Positions 1 through 21,400 of a stretch of DNA of 64,000 nt are shown one piece after another. Numbering within the stretch: position 1 is the stretch's first letter; each line of letters opens with the position of its first letter. Position numbers and translations under genes: made by a program. The notes under the pieces are model-generated. The model saw nothing but the letters and a program-made list of their open reading frames with translations, ran no database searches and was not told where the DNA came from. The stretch covers positions 31,272-95,271 of the forward strand of contig JAQGDQ010000792.1 in the NCBI GenBank assembly GCA_030141605.1. The letters are read 5' to 3'. This stretch comes from Tubiluchus corallicola. Taxonomy: Eukaryota > Animalia > Priapulida.

Positions 1-8907
<8,907 letters not shown>

Positions 8908-9361
8908 CCGTGCTCGTGAATTTGGTTATAGTGTTCTAACTTATGACTGTGTTACAAAAAAACAACATTTGCTTAAAACATGTGGCCTTGTTTTGGTTAT
9001 ATAGTGTTCTAACTTATGACTGTGTTACAAAAAAAAGAACAGTTACTTAAAACATGTGGCCTTGAGAAGTGTAGACATTCGTTTATCATGTATAAAAGTA
9101 TAAAAATGTTAGATATTTTAAATTCACGAAATTATTGTAAATAGTCAGTGTGCTTCAAACGGTTTTTGTATCATCTTACATTTTGTTTTTTTGATTATTA
9201 ATTTCATGGTAAATTAACCACAGTGTGTTTTGTAAATTGTGCAAGAAACTTTGTGTCCGTTTAAGTATGGATTTACGAGAGACCATTTCATTGTGATATT
9301 AACAGTGAGATTATCGTTGATGAAGTTATGAAACTAATAAACCAAATATGTTCTAGAGGCT

Positions 9362-9369
9362 TCAATCAG

Positions 9370-9432
<63 letters not shown>

Positions 9433-9433
9433 G

Positions 9434-9474
<41 letters not shown>

Positions 9475-9475
9475 T

Positions 9476-9514
<39 letters not shown>
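9362..9514. repeat. (TCAA)n tetranucleotide microsatellite
   Basis: Directly visible. Confidence 0.97.
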
Positions 9515-10006
9515 TTATTTCACTCCAGCAATACATCAACATACAACAATATTATTGAAACAAAAAGAAACAGTATAGGTAAAAAAACGTTGATGAAGTC
9601 AAATTAACCAAATAAAAGAGTTGCTGTATGACACCTTGAAAGCTTGGCTTGTTAAGGTGGCACAAATGAGTGAATGAAAGAATGGTTAGGGTTAGTAGAC
9701 ATGATGGAATGGAAAAAATAGTAAGATTAGGGATAGGAAGAAGGAAGGGAGGGGAGGATGAGTGAATGAAAGAATGGTTAGGGTTAGTAGACATGATGGA
9801 ATGGAAAAAATAGTAAGATTAGGGATAGGAAGAAGGAAAAGAGGAGAAGAAACGATCAAAATCCAGTTTTGATCCAGTTTTAATCCGCTTTAATCCAGTT
9901 TAGCAGCATTTGAATCCAGCATTTGATTTGTTCCTTATCCCCAATATAAAGAAATTCAACGCTGGAGTCAGATCTTAATCTACAGTTTCAAAAAAACGTA
10001 TCAAAT

Positions 10007-10992
10007 TATATAGATGCTATGAGTGAATAGGATATTGAATTTATGTTACAGGAAAAAAATCAATGGTGCTTGGCTCGTAAATTAAACACTTTGAAGATTG
10101 CTAACAGTTCTACATTGTGTGTTTGTTTCATTAAAAAGAACAGCTACGTAATGTATAGGAAGCGACGCCCCACTTAACGACGTTTCGTTTTAACGACGCT
10201 AAGCAGGGCATCGTTAATATAGATGCTATGAATGAATAGGATATTGAAATTATGTTACAAGAGAAAAATCAATGATGCTGGGCTCGTAAATTAAACACTT
10301 TGTAGATTGCTAACAGTTCCTCATTGCGTGTTTGTTTCATTAAAAAGATTAGCTACGTAATGTATAGGAAGCGACGCCCCACTTAACGACGTTTCGTTTT
10401 AACGACGCTATTAGCTACGTAATGTATAGGAAGCGACGCCCCGCTTAACGACGTTTCGAATTAACGACGCTATTAGCTATGTAATGTATAGGAAGCGAAG
10501 CCCCACTTAACGACGTTTCGATTCAACGACACTATTAGCTACCCAATGTATAGAAAGCGACGCCCCGCTTAACGGCGTTTCGTTTTAACGACGCTATTAG
10601 CTATGTAATGTATAGGAAGCGACGCCCCGCTTAACGACGTTTCGTTTTAACGACGCTATTAGCTACGTAATGTATAGGAAGCGACGCCCCACTTAACGAC
10701 TTTTCGTTTTAACGACGCTATTATCTACGTAATGTATAGGAAGTGACGCCCCACTTAACGACGTTTCGTTTTAACAACGCTAAGCAGGGCGTCGTTAATA
10801 TAGATGCTATGAATGAATAGGATATTGAAATTATGTTACAAGAGAAAAATCAATGATGCTGGGCTCGTAAATTAAACACTTTGTAGATTGCTAACAGTTC
10901 TACATTGCGCGTCATTAAAAAGATTAGCTGGCATAGTTAAAACAAAACGTCGCTGAGCAGGGCGGGGTGTCGTTAACCGAGGACTTACTGTA
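10007..10992. repeat. 62-bp minisatellite (~7-8 copies) nested in a ~209-bp tandem duplication, ending in a Tc1/pogo-like terminus
   Basis: Unit agctacgtaatgtataggaagcgacgccccacttaacgacgtttcgttttaacgacgctatt at 10351, 10413, 10475 and onward. The block tatagatgctatga...gattgctaacagttc occurs three times. It ends gtcgttaaccgaggacttactgta. Confidence 0.85.
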
Positions 10993-12431
10993 CCTCCACT
11001 CAGTTCAGGGAGATTGAGGTCTGATGCATTTCCAAGCATTTCAATTCGATCTGCTCTGGTCGCACCCTTCAAGATTACAAGCCGTGATGTTTCTCTCTAA
11101 TGTTGAGGGCATCATAGATTCTCTGCTGTTTCAGCAATACTTTGAAGCAGTAACGTGTACAGCATCTTTACTCGTTGTTTTTGCAGCCCCGTTCGCCCAG
11201 AAAAAAATTACGTGCGCCTTGTAATATGATTAGTTTCGACTTGTCGTTTGATTCACATTTTTTTTGTATTTGCAGGCTAAGACATGACTTGTATATAACT
11301 ATTTAATAACTGTAAATGTTTTTTAGTTTTTAAACTTGTGTAAATATAATGTGTTGATTAATTAATTTTAATCTTATTTGTTGCTGTATTATCATTAATG
11401 TTGGAATAAATCCACTTTTTTTGTATCAAAATTTGAGAAAAATGAAAATGTCAGGACTCAGCCTTGATTAGTCTGATTTTTGATCATTGATCTTAGTCTT
11501 AGACTAAAAGTCCAGAATCCAGACAGATGCAGGTTAAGATAATTCTCGATTCCAGACAGACAGAGCTAATGTCAATTCCAGAGAGAAACAGGCACATGGA
11601 ATCCACATAGAGGCAAATACTGAAGCAAATCGAAGATCAACTCAGACGCACACTCGTATGTTTGCTTGCTTAACCAACTTCTGTTGGAATCTTATTAGGG
11701 TGGCTAAGAATGTTGTCGAAAAAACGGAATTTGTCGCTGACTTATTCTGCTCAGCTCTTGGATATATATTGTTTAGAACACCATTCGGTGTTGACATGGA
11801 ATCCATTTTGTTGCAAATTTTACAATAAGAAGCTACTGTATGATGACATCACAATATAAAAACTGGGTAAAACTTATATGAACAACAACGAAATGAAGAT
11901 CAGCTTTACGGCGAAACAGATCTATTTATAAGGTTGCAATCGGGTAACCCAATAATATTCGAAGTATCGAAATCAGATAACGTACTAGTAAACAAAAGTT
12001 AGTACATAAACTACGAAAGTACTTTTTCATATTTTATTTAATTACCAATTTCATCACCAATTTACGATAAACATAATACGGCTTCAAAAACAGATGAAGC
12101 AACGAGCCTACTTATGCATTACTAAATACCACACCCTAGACAAATTAAAAATCTGCTTGATATTTCAAAAGCAATAAACTAATACCAGAATCCTCCATAC
12201 TTTTCAACATTTAGGTTACAACCGTCACGTAACATGTGTGTAAAGGAAAGCCGTCTCCCGCACCAGTTCAGTAACTTCCACAAATGTTACCAATTTTAAC
12301 AAGCAATGATTACTAGAGACGCACAAAGCGAACAATAAGTCTTTAATCATACGAACTTATGATAAATAATATCCAATCCTTTTAAAAATAGAGAATTTTA
12401 CTCCTTTAGTGTATCATTGGGAATTTGCAAA

Positions 12432-15400
12432 TTAATCGTCACATGTAGCGTCGTCTTCACCCACTTTTCCTTCTATCCAATTTATAAACAGAGATACGTC
12501 CGTGTACACCCCCGGACAGCTGGTGTCACGCCCACAACCACGTGCTCCCCAGGAGACAACACCGCATAAGGTTTCTCCTGTATATCCATCTCTGGTTGTC
12601 ATCAGAGCACCGCCAGAATCACCCTGTAAAAGACGATACACTCTGGTAACATTTTACAATTAACTCGCAGGGATAATTAAAACTCGTTTCACCTGGAAAA
12701 CTAAGAGATGATGCGCTGTAATGAAGTCATATAGTTGATTAAAATTTGAATTATCTTATAATGAAACCATACAATTTATTAAAATTTGAATTAACTCATC
12801 ATGAAGCCATACAATGATTAAAATTTGAATTATCTCATAATGAAAAAAACAGTTGATTAAAATTTGAATGATCTCATAATGAAGCCATACAGTTGTTTAA
12901 AATTTGAGTCGTCCATAATGAAGCCACGCTGTTGTTTAAAAATTGAATAATCGATATTGAGGGCATGCATTTACTTAAAATTTGGAATATCCATATTGAA
13001 GCCATGCAGTTAAATAATTATCAATAACTCCACAGTTGACTCCACAGACAGCCAAACGTAAACAATAATCAATGATCAGTTAATTGGTATCAGTTTTAAG
13101 GAAATCCGTATCGGTTTTCAAAAAAATCAATAGTTGCTATTAACTTCAAGTAAAAGAAGAAAATCGGTATCAGTTCGGTATCACTTTCAAGTAAAATAAG
13201 AAAATCGGTATGGGTTCGGAATCACTTTCGTGTAAAATAAGAAAACCGGTATGGGTTCAGTATCACTTTCAAGTAAAATAAGAAAATCGGTATGGGTTTT
13301 GTATCACTTTCAAGTAAAATAAGAAAATCGGTATGGGTTTTGTATCACTTTCAAGTAAAATAAGAAAATCAGTATGGGTTCGGTATGACTTTCGAGTAAA
13401 ATAAGAAAACCGGTATGGGTTCGGTATCACTTTCAAGTAAAATAAGAAAATCAGTACGGGTTCGGTATCACTTTCAAGTAAAATAAGAAAATCAGTACGG
13501 GTTCGGTATCACTTTCAAGTAAAATAAGAAAATCGGTATGGGTTCGGTATCACTTTCAAGTAAAATAAGAAAATCGGTATGGGTTCGGTATCACTTTCAA
13601 GTAAAATAAGAAAATCGGTATGGGTTCGGTATCACTTTCAAGTAAAATAAGAAAACCGGTATGGGTTCGGTATCACTTTCGAGTAAAATGAGAAAATCAG
13701 TATGGGTTCGGTATGACTTTCGAGTAAAATAAGAAAACCGGTATGGGTTCGGTATCACTTTCGAGTAAAATAAGAAAATCAGTATGGGTTTTGCATCACT
13801 TTCAAGTAAAATAAGAAAATCGGTATGGGTTTTGCATCACTTTCAAGTAAAATAAGAAAATCGGTATGGGTTCGGTAAGTAAATCAAAATTTATTTTGCT
13901 TACGAAACAAGCACTTTGTCCTTCATCGGCAGCGCATATCATTCCGCGCAGTATAGAGCATCTTCCGTAGGAGAGAAAGCATTCGCGGCGCTTGTATAGG
14001 GTCAACTCAACCCATCTTAGCTCTTCAGTCATCCTGGAATAAACAAGTGTGGAAGAAGGTGCTGCCATCTAGGTGCTAATCTTGTAACATTCTAACATCT
14101 GACTTACTTTCAGTATAATTGTATGGTCCAGTGACTGCATATGTAGTCTGTATATTAACTGTATATGTGAAATGTTACTTTATGTAATTTGTTTGTGTAT
14201 GTACTTATTTGGAGTTATTATATACATAAAATATGCAACAATTTACTTATTTACATTTCTATATTGTTAACAGAATAAACAACTAATGTAAACACTTATG
14301 TCTGGACTTGATGTTTGGATTGGAGTGTTTGAGCACTCTTGGTCATTCTTGATGAAATGGGTCATGCAAGCTACTTCACATTTATCCAATAATCCGTGTT
14401 CATTTAGCAAAGAAGATATTTCTGATATCAATCTAGTAGTATTTGAAAAAAAGAGCAAAGCTGGCATCAAAATGTTAACCACGTGTAATCAAACCCTCTA
14501 GGTCGTAGCGAACTCTGAACCTATAAACTTTTTAAAAAGGACTTTAACACTGAATTATATGTATCAAGTACATTGCCCAAAAGCCACTGACGAAAGTGCA
14601 TTCGCTAAATTTAGGTTTGGGATTGCTCCCATTACGTTAGAAATTGAAAGGAGGAAACATCCCAGAAAATATCCCGCTATCTTAAAATCGCCAAGTGGAT
14701 TCGTGGGTTATTGGGAAAACCGGGAAATATTTGGCCACTTGTTAAGGATGCGTTGAGCCTTCGCTACGACTGTAATGCTTACTCTCCAGTTTCAATTGTA
14801 ACGCCATGTCCACAGACTAACACTCTTCTGGGATTCCCATTTCTTCTGTCGCCACACCCTGGAAAAATACATCCCGTTTTATCCCGTGAAATGCTTGTCA
14901 AATGCAAATATACGTTCACCACCAGAATACTACCGAATTGAACATTGTCGTCATGTGACAGGAATCTGTTTAAGGATGCTAACTGAAGCTAACGACAGGT
15001 TCAAACTAGCCAGGTGAAGAAAGGGCAGCGAAAAACCAATTGGTCATCTAGTCAGCTGCCCTTTGGTTAGTGATGAACATTTCTTATAGGTGCTATGCTA
15101 CAGTGTATTAGTGTTAGTACTGCTTATAATAAAGATTTAATTGTTACGCATGACATTAAATTGATATGCTTATAACGTGTTAGTACAATTCATACACAGT
15201 AATAATAAGTGCATAATAAAAAAAATCAAACTGAAAATAACTGAAATAAAACTGAACTGAAATAAGAACTGAAACAAAAACTGAAATAAAAATCTGACAA
15301 CAGAAACATAATAACAATGGCAACTGAAATATACTTTATAACACAAGCATAATTCTTAGACATAAGCAAGCAAATGTATAATGGAGTCATAATATATCAC

Positions 15401-18400
15401 AATAATGTAAAAAATTACAGAGCGATTTTTGATGATCTGAGGTAAAATAAATAGGCAGACAGTTAAAGCAAACTAGACCCAATTTTAAACTGTAGGTCAA
15501 GATAATCTAGTCTTTAAAATATTGAAAGGTGTCAAATATTCGGCGTCGTTAAAATGAAGCGTCGTTAAACCGGGAGTCGTTAAGCGAGGACTTACTGTAC
15601 ATGCTATTCTGATAAATGCCATGGTGTTCAACTTACGCTTTCTGTGTTCCAGTTCAATGTTATGCGCATCATCACTGCACTCTATGTCACTTGCTAGTTC
15701 CAGTAATGCAATATCATTTGCTAGAGAAATGTCGTCATATTCTTCATGAACATGTGCAACAGAAACCTGTAACATTTCTTTATTATTCGGCTTAATATTC
15801 TGGCAAATCTTTACTTCTGAAGAGAAATAAAATATTCTACATAGTTGGTTAATAAAAACTTACAATGCTAAAGGCAAATGCGTCAGTCCAATCTAACCAT
15901 GGCCTATTTCAAGGGGGGGGAGTGGGGATACTTTCCCGGGGCCTCGCGCCGTGGTAACATTATTTTTTCTTTATGAAAATATACAGTATAACTCCATATT
16001 TTCTCTTCGAAAATGCTTCTCCGGCGTTCTAGCAGTTCAAAAATTTGTCCCCCCCCGAGGAGGCCTGACACACCCCACTTCGCCGGGCCTCGCTTAGGCT
16101 GAAATAGGCTCTGGCTGTAACCCGAAAAGAGTATAAACAAAATTAAATTTTACGACGTATGGAAATTAAACATATTTACAACTATTTACAAAAATTAAAA
16201 ATTATGATTTATTTAATTAATATAGCTGCGGATATATGAAATTCTGATGATAAAGTTTACACTCCTACAACTTTGTAATTATTTTCAATGTTGTATTATT
16301 TCCGTTCAGTCAAAAATTCTAGTTCTACCAACGGAACGACTTTATTTTTAAAAACTTTGTGTAATTATGTAAAAAAGTATGTAAGATTGATGAAACAAGA
16401 AAACTTACCATAATATAAATCTGTTACCACCCTAAAACACTTGCAAGACCTGAAAATTTTGCAGACTAGACATAGAGCAATACAGCCCGTAGGAAAAGTT
16501 CAATGAAAGCAAACAATCGAAATCATTTTGAGGTGAACGGAGCTGCTAAATTTCTGAAAAAAAATCTAACCTCGATGCCCGGAGTTTCTGCTTTCCATAT
16601 TTCATCATAGTCGTAAATAATGCTTCCATAGATGATTCTAACATCATAACCATACATCGTTTTTAAACTGCAAATACAAAAAGTACTTATGAGCAAGGTT
16701 AGAGCTATGAAGAGCGAAGGCTATAATTCACTTATCAAACTCCACATAATGACAAAGCCCAAATGCTAAGCTGATTGTATTAACAATAAGTAAGGACATA
16801 ACATGCATGGTATGTAGAAAAGTTTCCCTCATAAGTACAGTTAGAGTAATGTAATGATGTAATGCACAGAGTGAAGATATCTACATTGCCCACGCCTTGC
16901 AGAGTTGGCCTTATGTACTTGGTTGCCAAGAGCACAGGTTGCCAGGACGACGGTTGCTAGGAAGTGCGTTTTTCGAGATCATTACTGGTGGCTAGACAAC
17001 GAGTTTCTTAGTAACGGGTCGCCTAGGTGACGGGTAGGAAATTCACTCAACTGTTGGCCAATGAAATTTTTCTGCTTGTTGCCATGGTAACGACTTATTA
17101 AGTGGCTAGGTAAGTTGTTGTTTATCTGTTGCTTACCTCACCGACCATGTACAGTTACTATATACAATGATTTTTGTAAACATAATTCATTCACTTATAA
17201 TATCATATTCACTAGGGTGTTTAATAAAAAGTACTTGTAATATTGTCTAATATAATACAATTTAATATTATATAATATAACACAATATACTGTAATGTAA
17301 TGAATGAAATATAATATAATATAATGTAATGTAATGTAATGTAATGTAATGTAATGTAATGTAATGTATTGTGATATGATGTGATGTGATGTGATGCGAC
17401 GTGATGTGATGTGATGTGATGTGATGTGACGTGATATGATATGATGTGATGTGATATGATGTGATATGATGTGATGAGATATGATATGATATGATATGAT
17501 GTGACGTGATATGATATGATGTGATGTGATATGATGTGATATGATGTGATGAGATATGATATGATATGATATAACATAATACAACACAATACAACACAAC
17601 ACAACACAATACAATACAATACAATACAATACAATACAATACAATACAATACAATACAATACAATACAATACAATACAATACAATACAATACAATACAAT
17701 ACAATACAATACAATACAATACAATACAATACAATACAATACAATACAATACAATACAATACAATACAATACAATACAATACAATACAATACAATACAAT
17801 ACAATACAATACAATACAATACAATACAATACAATACAATACAATACAATACAATACAATACAATACAATACAATACAATACAATACAATACAATACAAT
17901 ACAATACAATACAATACAATACAATACAATACAATACAATACAATACAATACAATACAATACAATACAATACAATACAATACAATACAATACAATACAAT
18001 ACAATACAATACAATACAATACAATACAATACAATACAATACAATACAATACAATACAATACAATACAATACAATACAATACAATACAATACAATACAAC
18101 ACAACACAACACAACACAATACAATATAATACAATGTAATGTAATGTAACGTAACGTAATGTAGTAAAATATAACGTAATGTAATACAGTACAATACAAT
18201 CAATGCAATGCAACGCAACGCAACACAACACAACACAACATAACATAACATTACATTACCTAATACTACAACCCGCGAGTTTAATTATTCTATGGATTCA
18301 TTTCCTCAACAAGTTAACCATCTAATAAACCCCTTTTCATTAGTCATACTAACGTAACAAGATATGGGATTCATTCACGAAAAAATGCAAAACTAATTTA

Positions 18401-21400
18401 AATCTGTTAATATACTAAGAGCTAAAACGTTTTTAATGATAAAATTAATTTTGTCTTATCTAGTTACGTTAGCACGAAAATGTTTGTCAGAAAATGTAAC
18501 TAAAAGTGGTGTGAAATCATATAGTTTAATATTCATTAATTTATTTGGCTTACAAATAATCTTTTCATAGTAACAATTTAGTTTTAGTTTTTTGATAATA
18601 ATTTTTTACTTACACAGCACAATGTGCTGCAGTCAGGATCCAACGTTTGTAGATTATCGAGCCTCCGCAAAAGGGACGCCAGCCACAATCTCCCTCGTCA
18701 CTACAAGCGTACGCTAATAGCACAACCTAAAATGTCGGTAAACAACCAATTATAGCAGTTCAGTTAAAGGACAAGAGAAAGTAGGTTTCCGAAAAATCAG
18801 TAAAATTCTTAAAAAATTATGCTACTTTACAGCAATTCGCGTTAAAAGGAATTTTTGTTTGTTTTCATTTTAAATCCACCGCAGTACTGTTACGACGGCG
18901 CCATTACATGACGTCACTATATATATATATAATAATCTTTATTTGCCATTAAAATACATTGATAATCACTGATAAAAACTTTACAGAGATGATCAATCAG
19001 TGTTAGTTAATAAAAACTTACACTGCTAAAGGCAAATGCGTCAGTGCAATCTAAACTACTGTGCAGTAATGGAAAGTAACGACGAATAAAATCAAACATA
19101 TTGACAACTATGCACAAAAAAATGAAAAAAACTATGATTTAATTAATATGGCCGTGGATATATGAATTCTGAATTAGTGTGTATGTTGTCGTACTGGTGT
19201 GACGGTATTTCATATCTGGTTAATATTAGTGATTTTAATTTTGTTTTAAATGCTGATAGGGACTTGATTTGTTTAACCTGTAATGGTAGAGAATTCCAAA
19301 GTAGAATTGCTTGTTTGATTACAGAGTTCGTTCCGTAGTGGGTATTTGTCCTAATTTGTTTTAGATTGCTATGCCACATAAATCAGGGGAAGAAAAAGGA
19401 ATGTTAAATTATGACCCAAAAAATGTTAAATTATGACCCAAAAAACTTTCCATGCAAATCTATTACTTAGCATTTCGTTTACCTGCTGGAAGGATTTATG
19501 TAACTAGAAAAGAAAATTTTTAATTACTTAAAATGCTTTCACTAATTGGTAAAATGTCGCTGACTCACCCTCCAGGGTGCGCCACTCGCTAGCCAAAAAC
19601 GCATTTTCAATCTTTTTGACAAGATACAGTAATTGAAAACTTTACTTAATTAGCAACATGTATGCAACGAATGCTCTGATTATTTTTTCAAATTTAACTT
19701 AATGTCATCAAAACTTGTTTCAAACGACCTACCATTAAAATGGCTGCGCCTAACGGTCATCGCGGGAGTTCAAATTTATACGTTTTATACAGCGTTACTG
19801 CCGATGCAAGCCATGCATACGAAAGGGTAGAATGTAAGTGGTATAAAATTTCGAGATGAATTTTTTAAGCTTTATGTAAGAGGAGGGTTTTCTTGTACTT
19901 TAAAGGAAGACAGGATACAGTAAATTATGAACTAATTATGTATTTAACAGAAGCCAAATAGGTAATGAATAAGCAGACCTGTAGAAAAGAAACTGATACA
20001 GTAAATTATGCACTAATTATGTATTTAACAGAAGCCAAATAGGTAATGATTAAGCAGACCTGTAGAAAAGAAATTGATACAGTAAATTGTGCACTAATTA
20101 TGTATTTAACAGAAGCCAAATAGGTAATGATTAAGCAGACTAGTAGAAAAGAAATTGATACAGTCAATTATACAGTAATTAAGAAAAGCTAAATAGGTAA
20201 TGATTAAGCAGACCTGTAGAAAAGAAATTGATACAGTCAATTATGCACTAATTATGTATTTAACAGAAGCCAAATAGGTAATGAATTAGCAGACTAGTAG
20301 AAAAGAAACTGATACAGTAAATTATGCACTAATTATGTATTTAACAGAAGCCAGATAGGAAATGAATAAGAAGACCTGTAGAAAAGAAACTGATACAGTA
20401 AATTATGCACTAATTATGTATTTAAGAAAAGCTAAATAGGTAATGATTAAGCAGACCTGTAGAAAAGAAATTGATACAGTCAATTATGCACTAATTATGT
20501 ATTTAACAGAAGCCAATTAGGTAATGATTAAGCAGACCTGTAGAAAAGAAACTGATACAGTAAATTATGCACTAATTATGTATTTAAGAAAAGCTAAATA
20601 GGTAATGATTAAGCAGACCTGAAGAAAAGAAATTGATACAGTAAATTATGCACTAATTATGTATTTAACAGAAGCCAATTAGGTAATGATTAAGCAGACC
20701 TGTAGAAAAGAAACTGATACAGTAAATTATGCACTAATTATGTATTTAAGAAAAGCTAAATAGGTAATGATTAAGCAGACCTGAAGAAAAGAAATTGATA
20801 CAGTAAATTATGCACTAATTATGTATTTAAAAAAAGCCAAATAGATAATGATTAAGCAGACCAGTAGAAAAGAAATTGATACAGTAAATTATGCACTAAT
20901 TATGTATTTAACAGAAGCCAAATAGGTAATGAATAAGCAGACCAGTAGAAAAGAAATTGATACAGTAAATTATGCACTAATTATGTATTTAACAGAAGCC
21001 AAATAGGTAATGAATAAGCAGACCTGTAGAAAAGAAATTGATACAGTAAATTATGCACTAATTATGTATTTAAGAAAAGCTAAATAGGTAATGATTAAGC
21101 AGACCTGTAGAAAAGAAATTGATACAGTCAATTATGCACTAATTATGTATTTAACAGAAGCCAATTAGGTAATGATTAAGCAGACCTGTAGAAAAGAAAC
21201 TGATACAGTAAATTATGCACTAATTATGTATTTAAGAAAAGCTAAATAGGTAATGATTAAGCAGACCTGAAGAAAAGAAATTGATACAGTAAATTATGCA
21301 CTAATTATGTATTTAACAGAAGCCAAATAGGTAATGATTAAGCAGACCAGTAGAAAAGAAACTGATACAGTAAATTATGCACTAATTATGTATTTAACAG

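Noticed and set aside
10351-10800. CRISPR-like appearance of this and other regular arrays
   Set aside because: Units are contiguous with no unique spacers, there are no cas genes, and the context is eukaryotic.
17195-18251. 330-aa (CIVLY)n ORFs
   Set aside because: A pentamer microsatellite gives the same peptide in all three frames.
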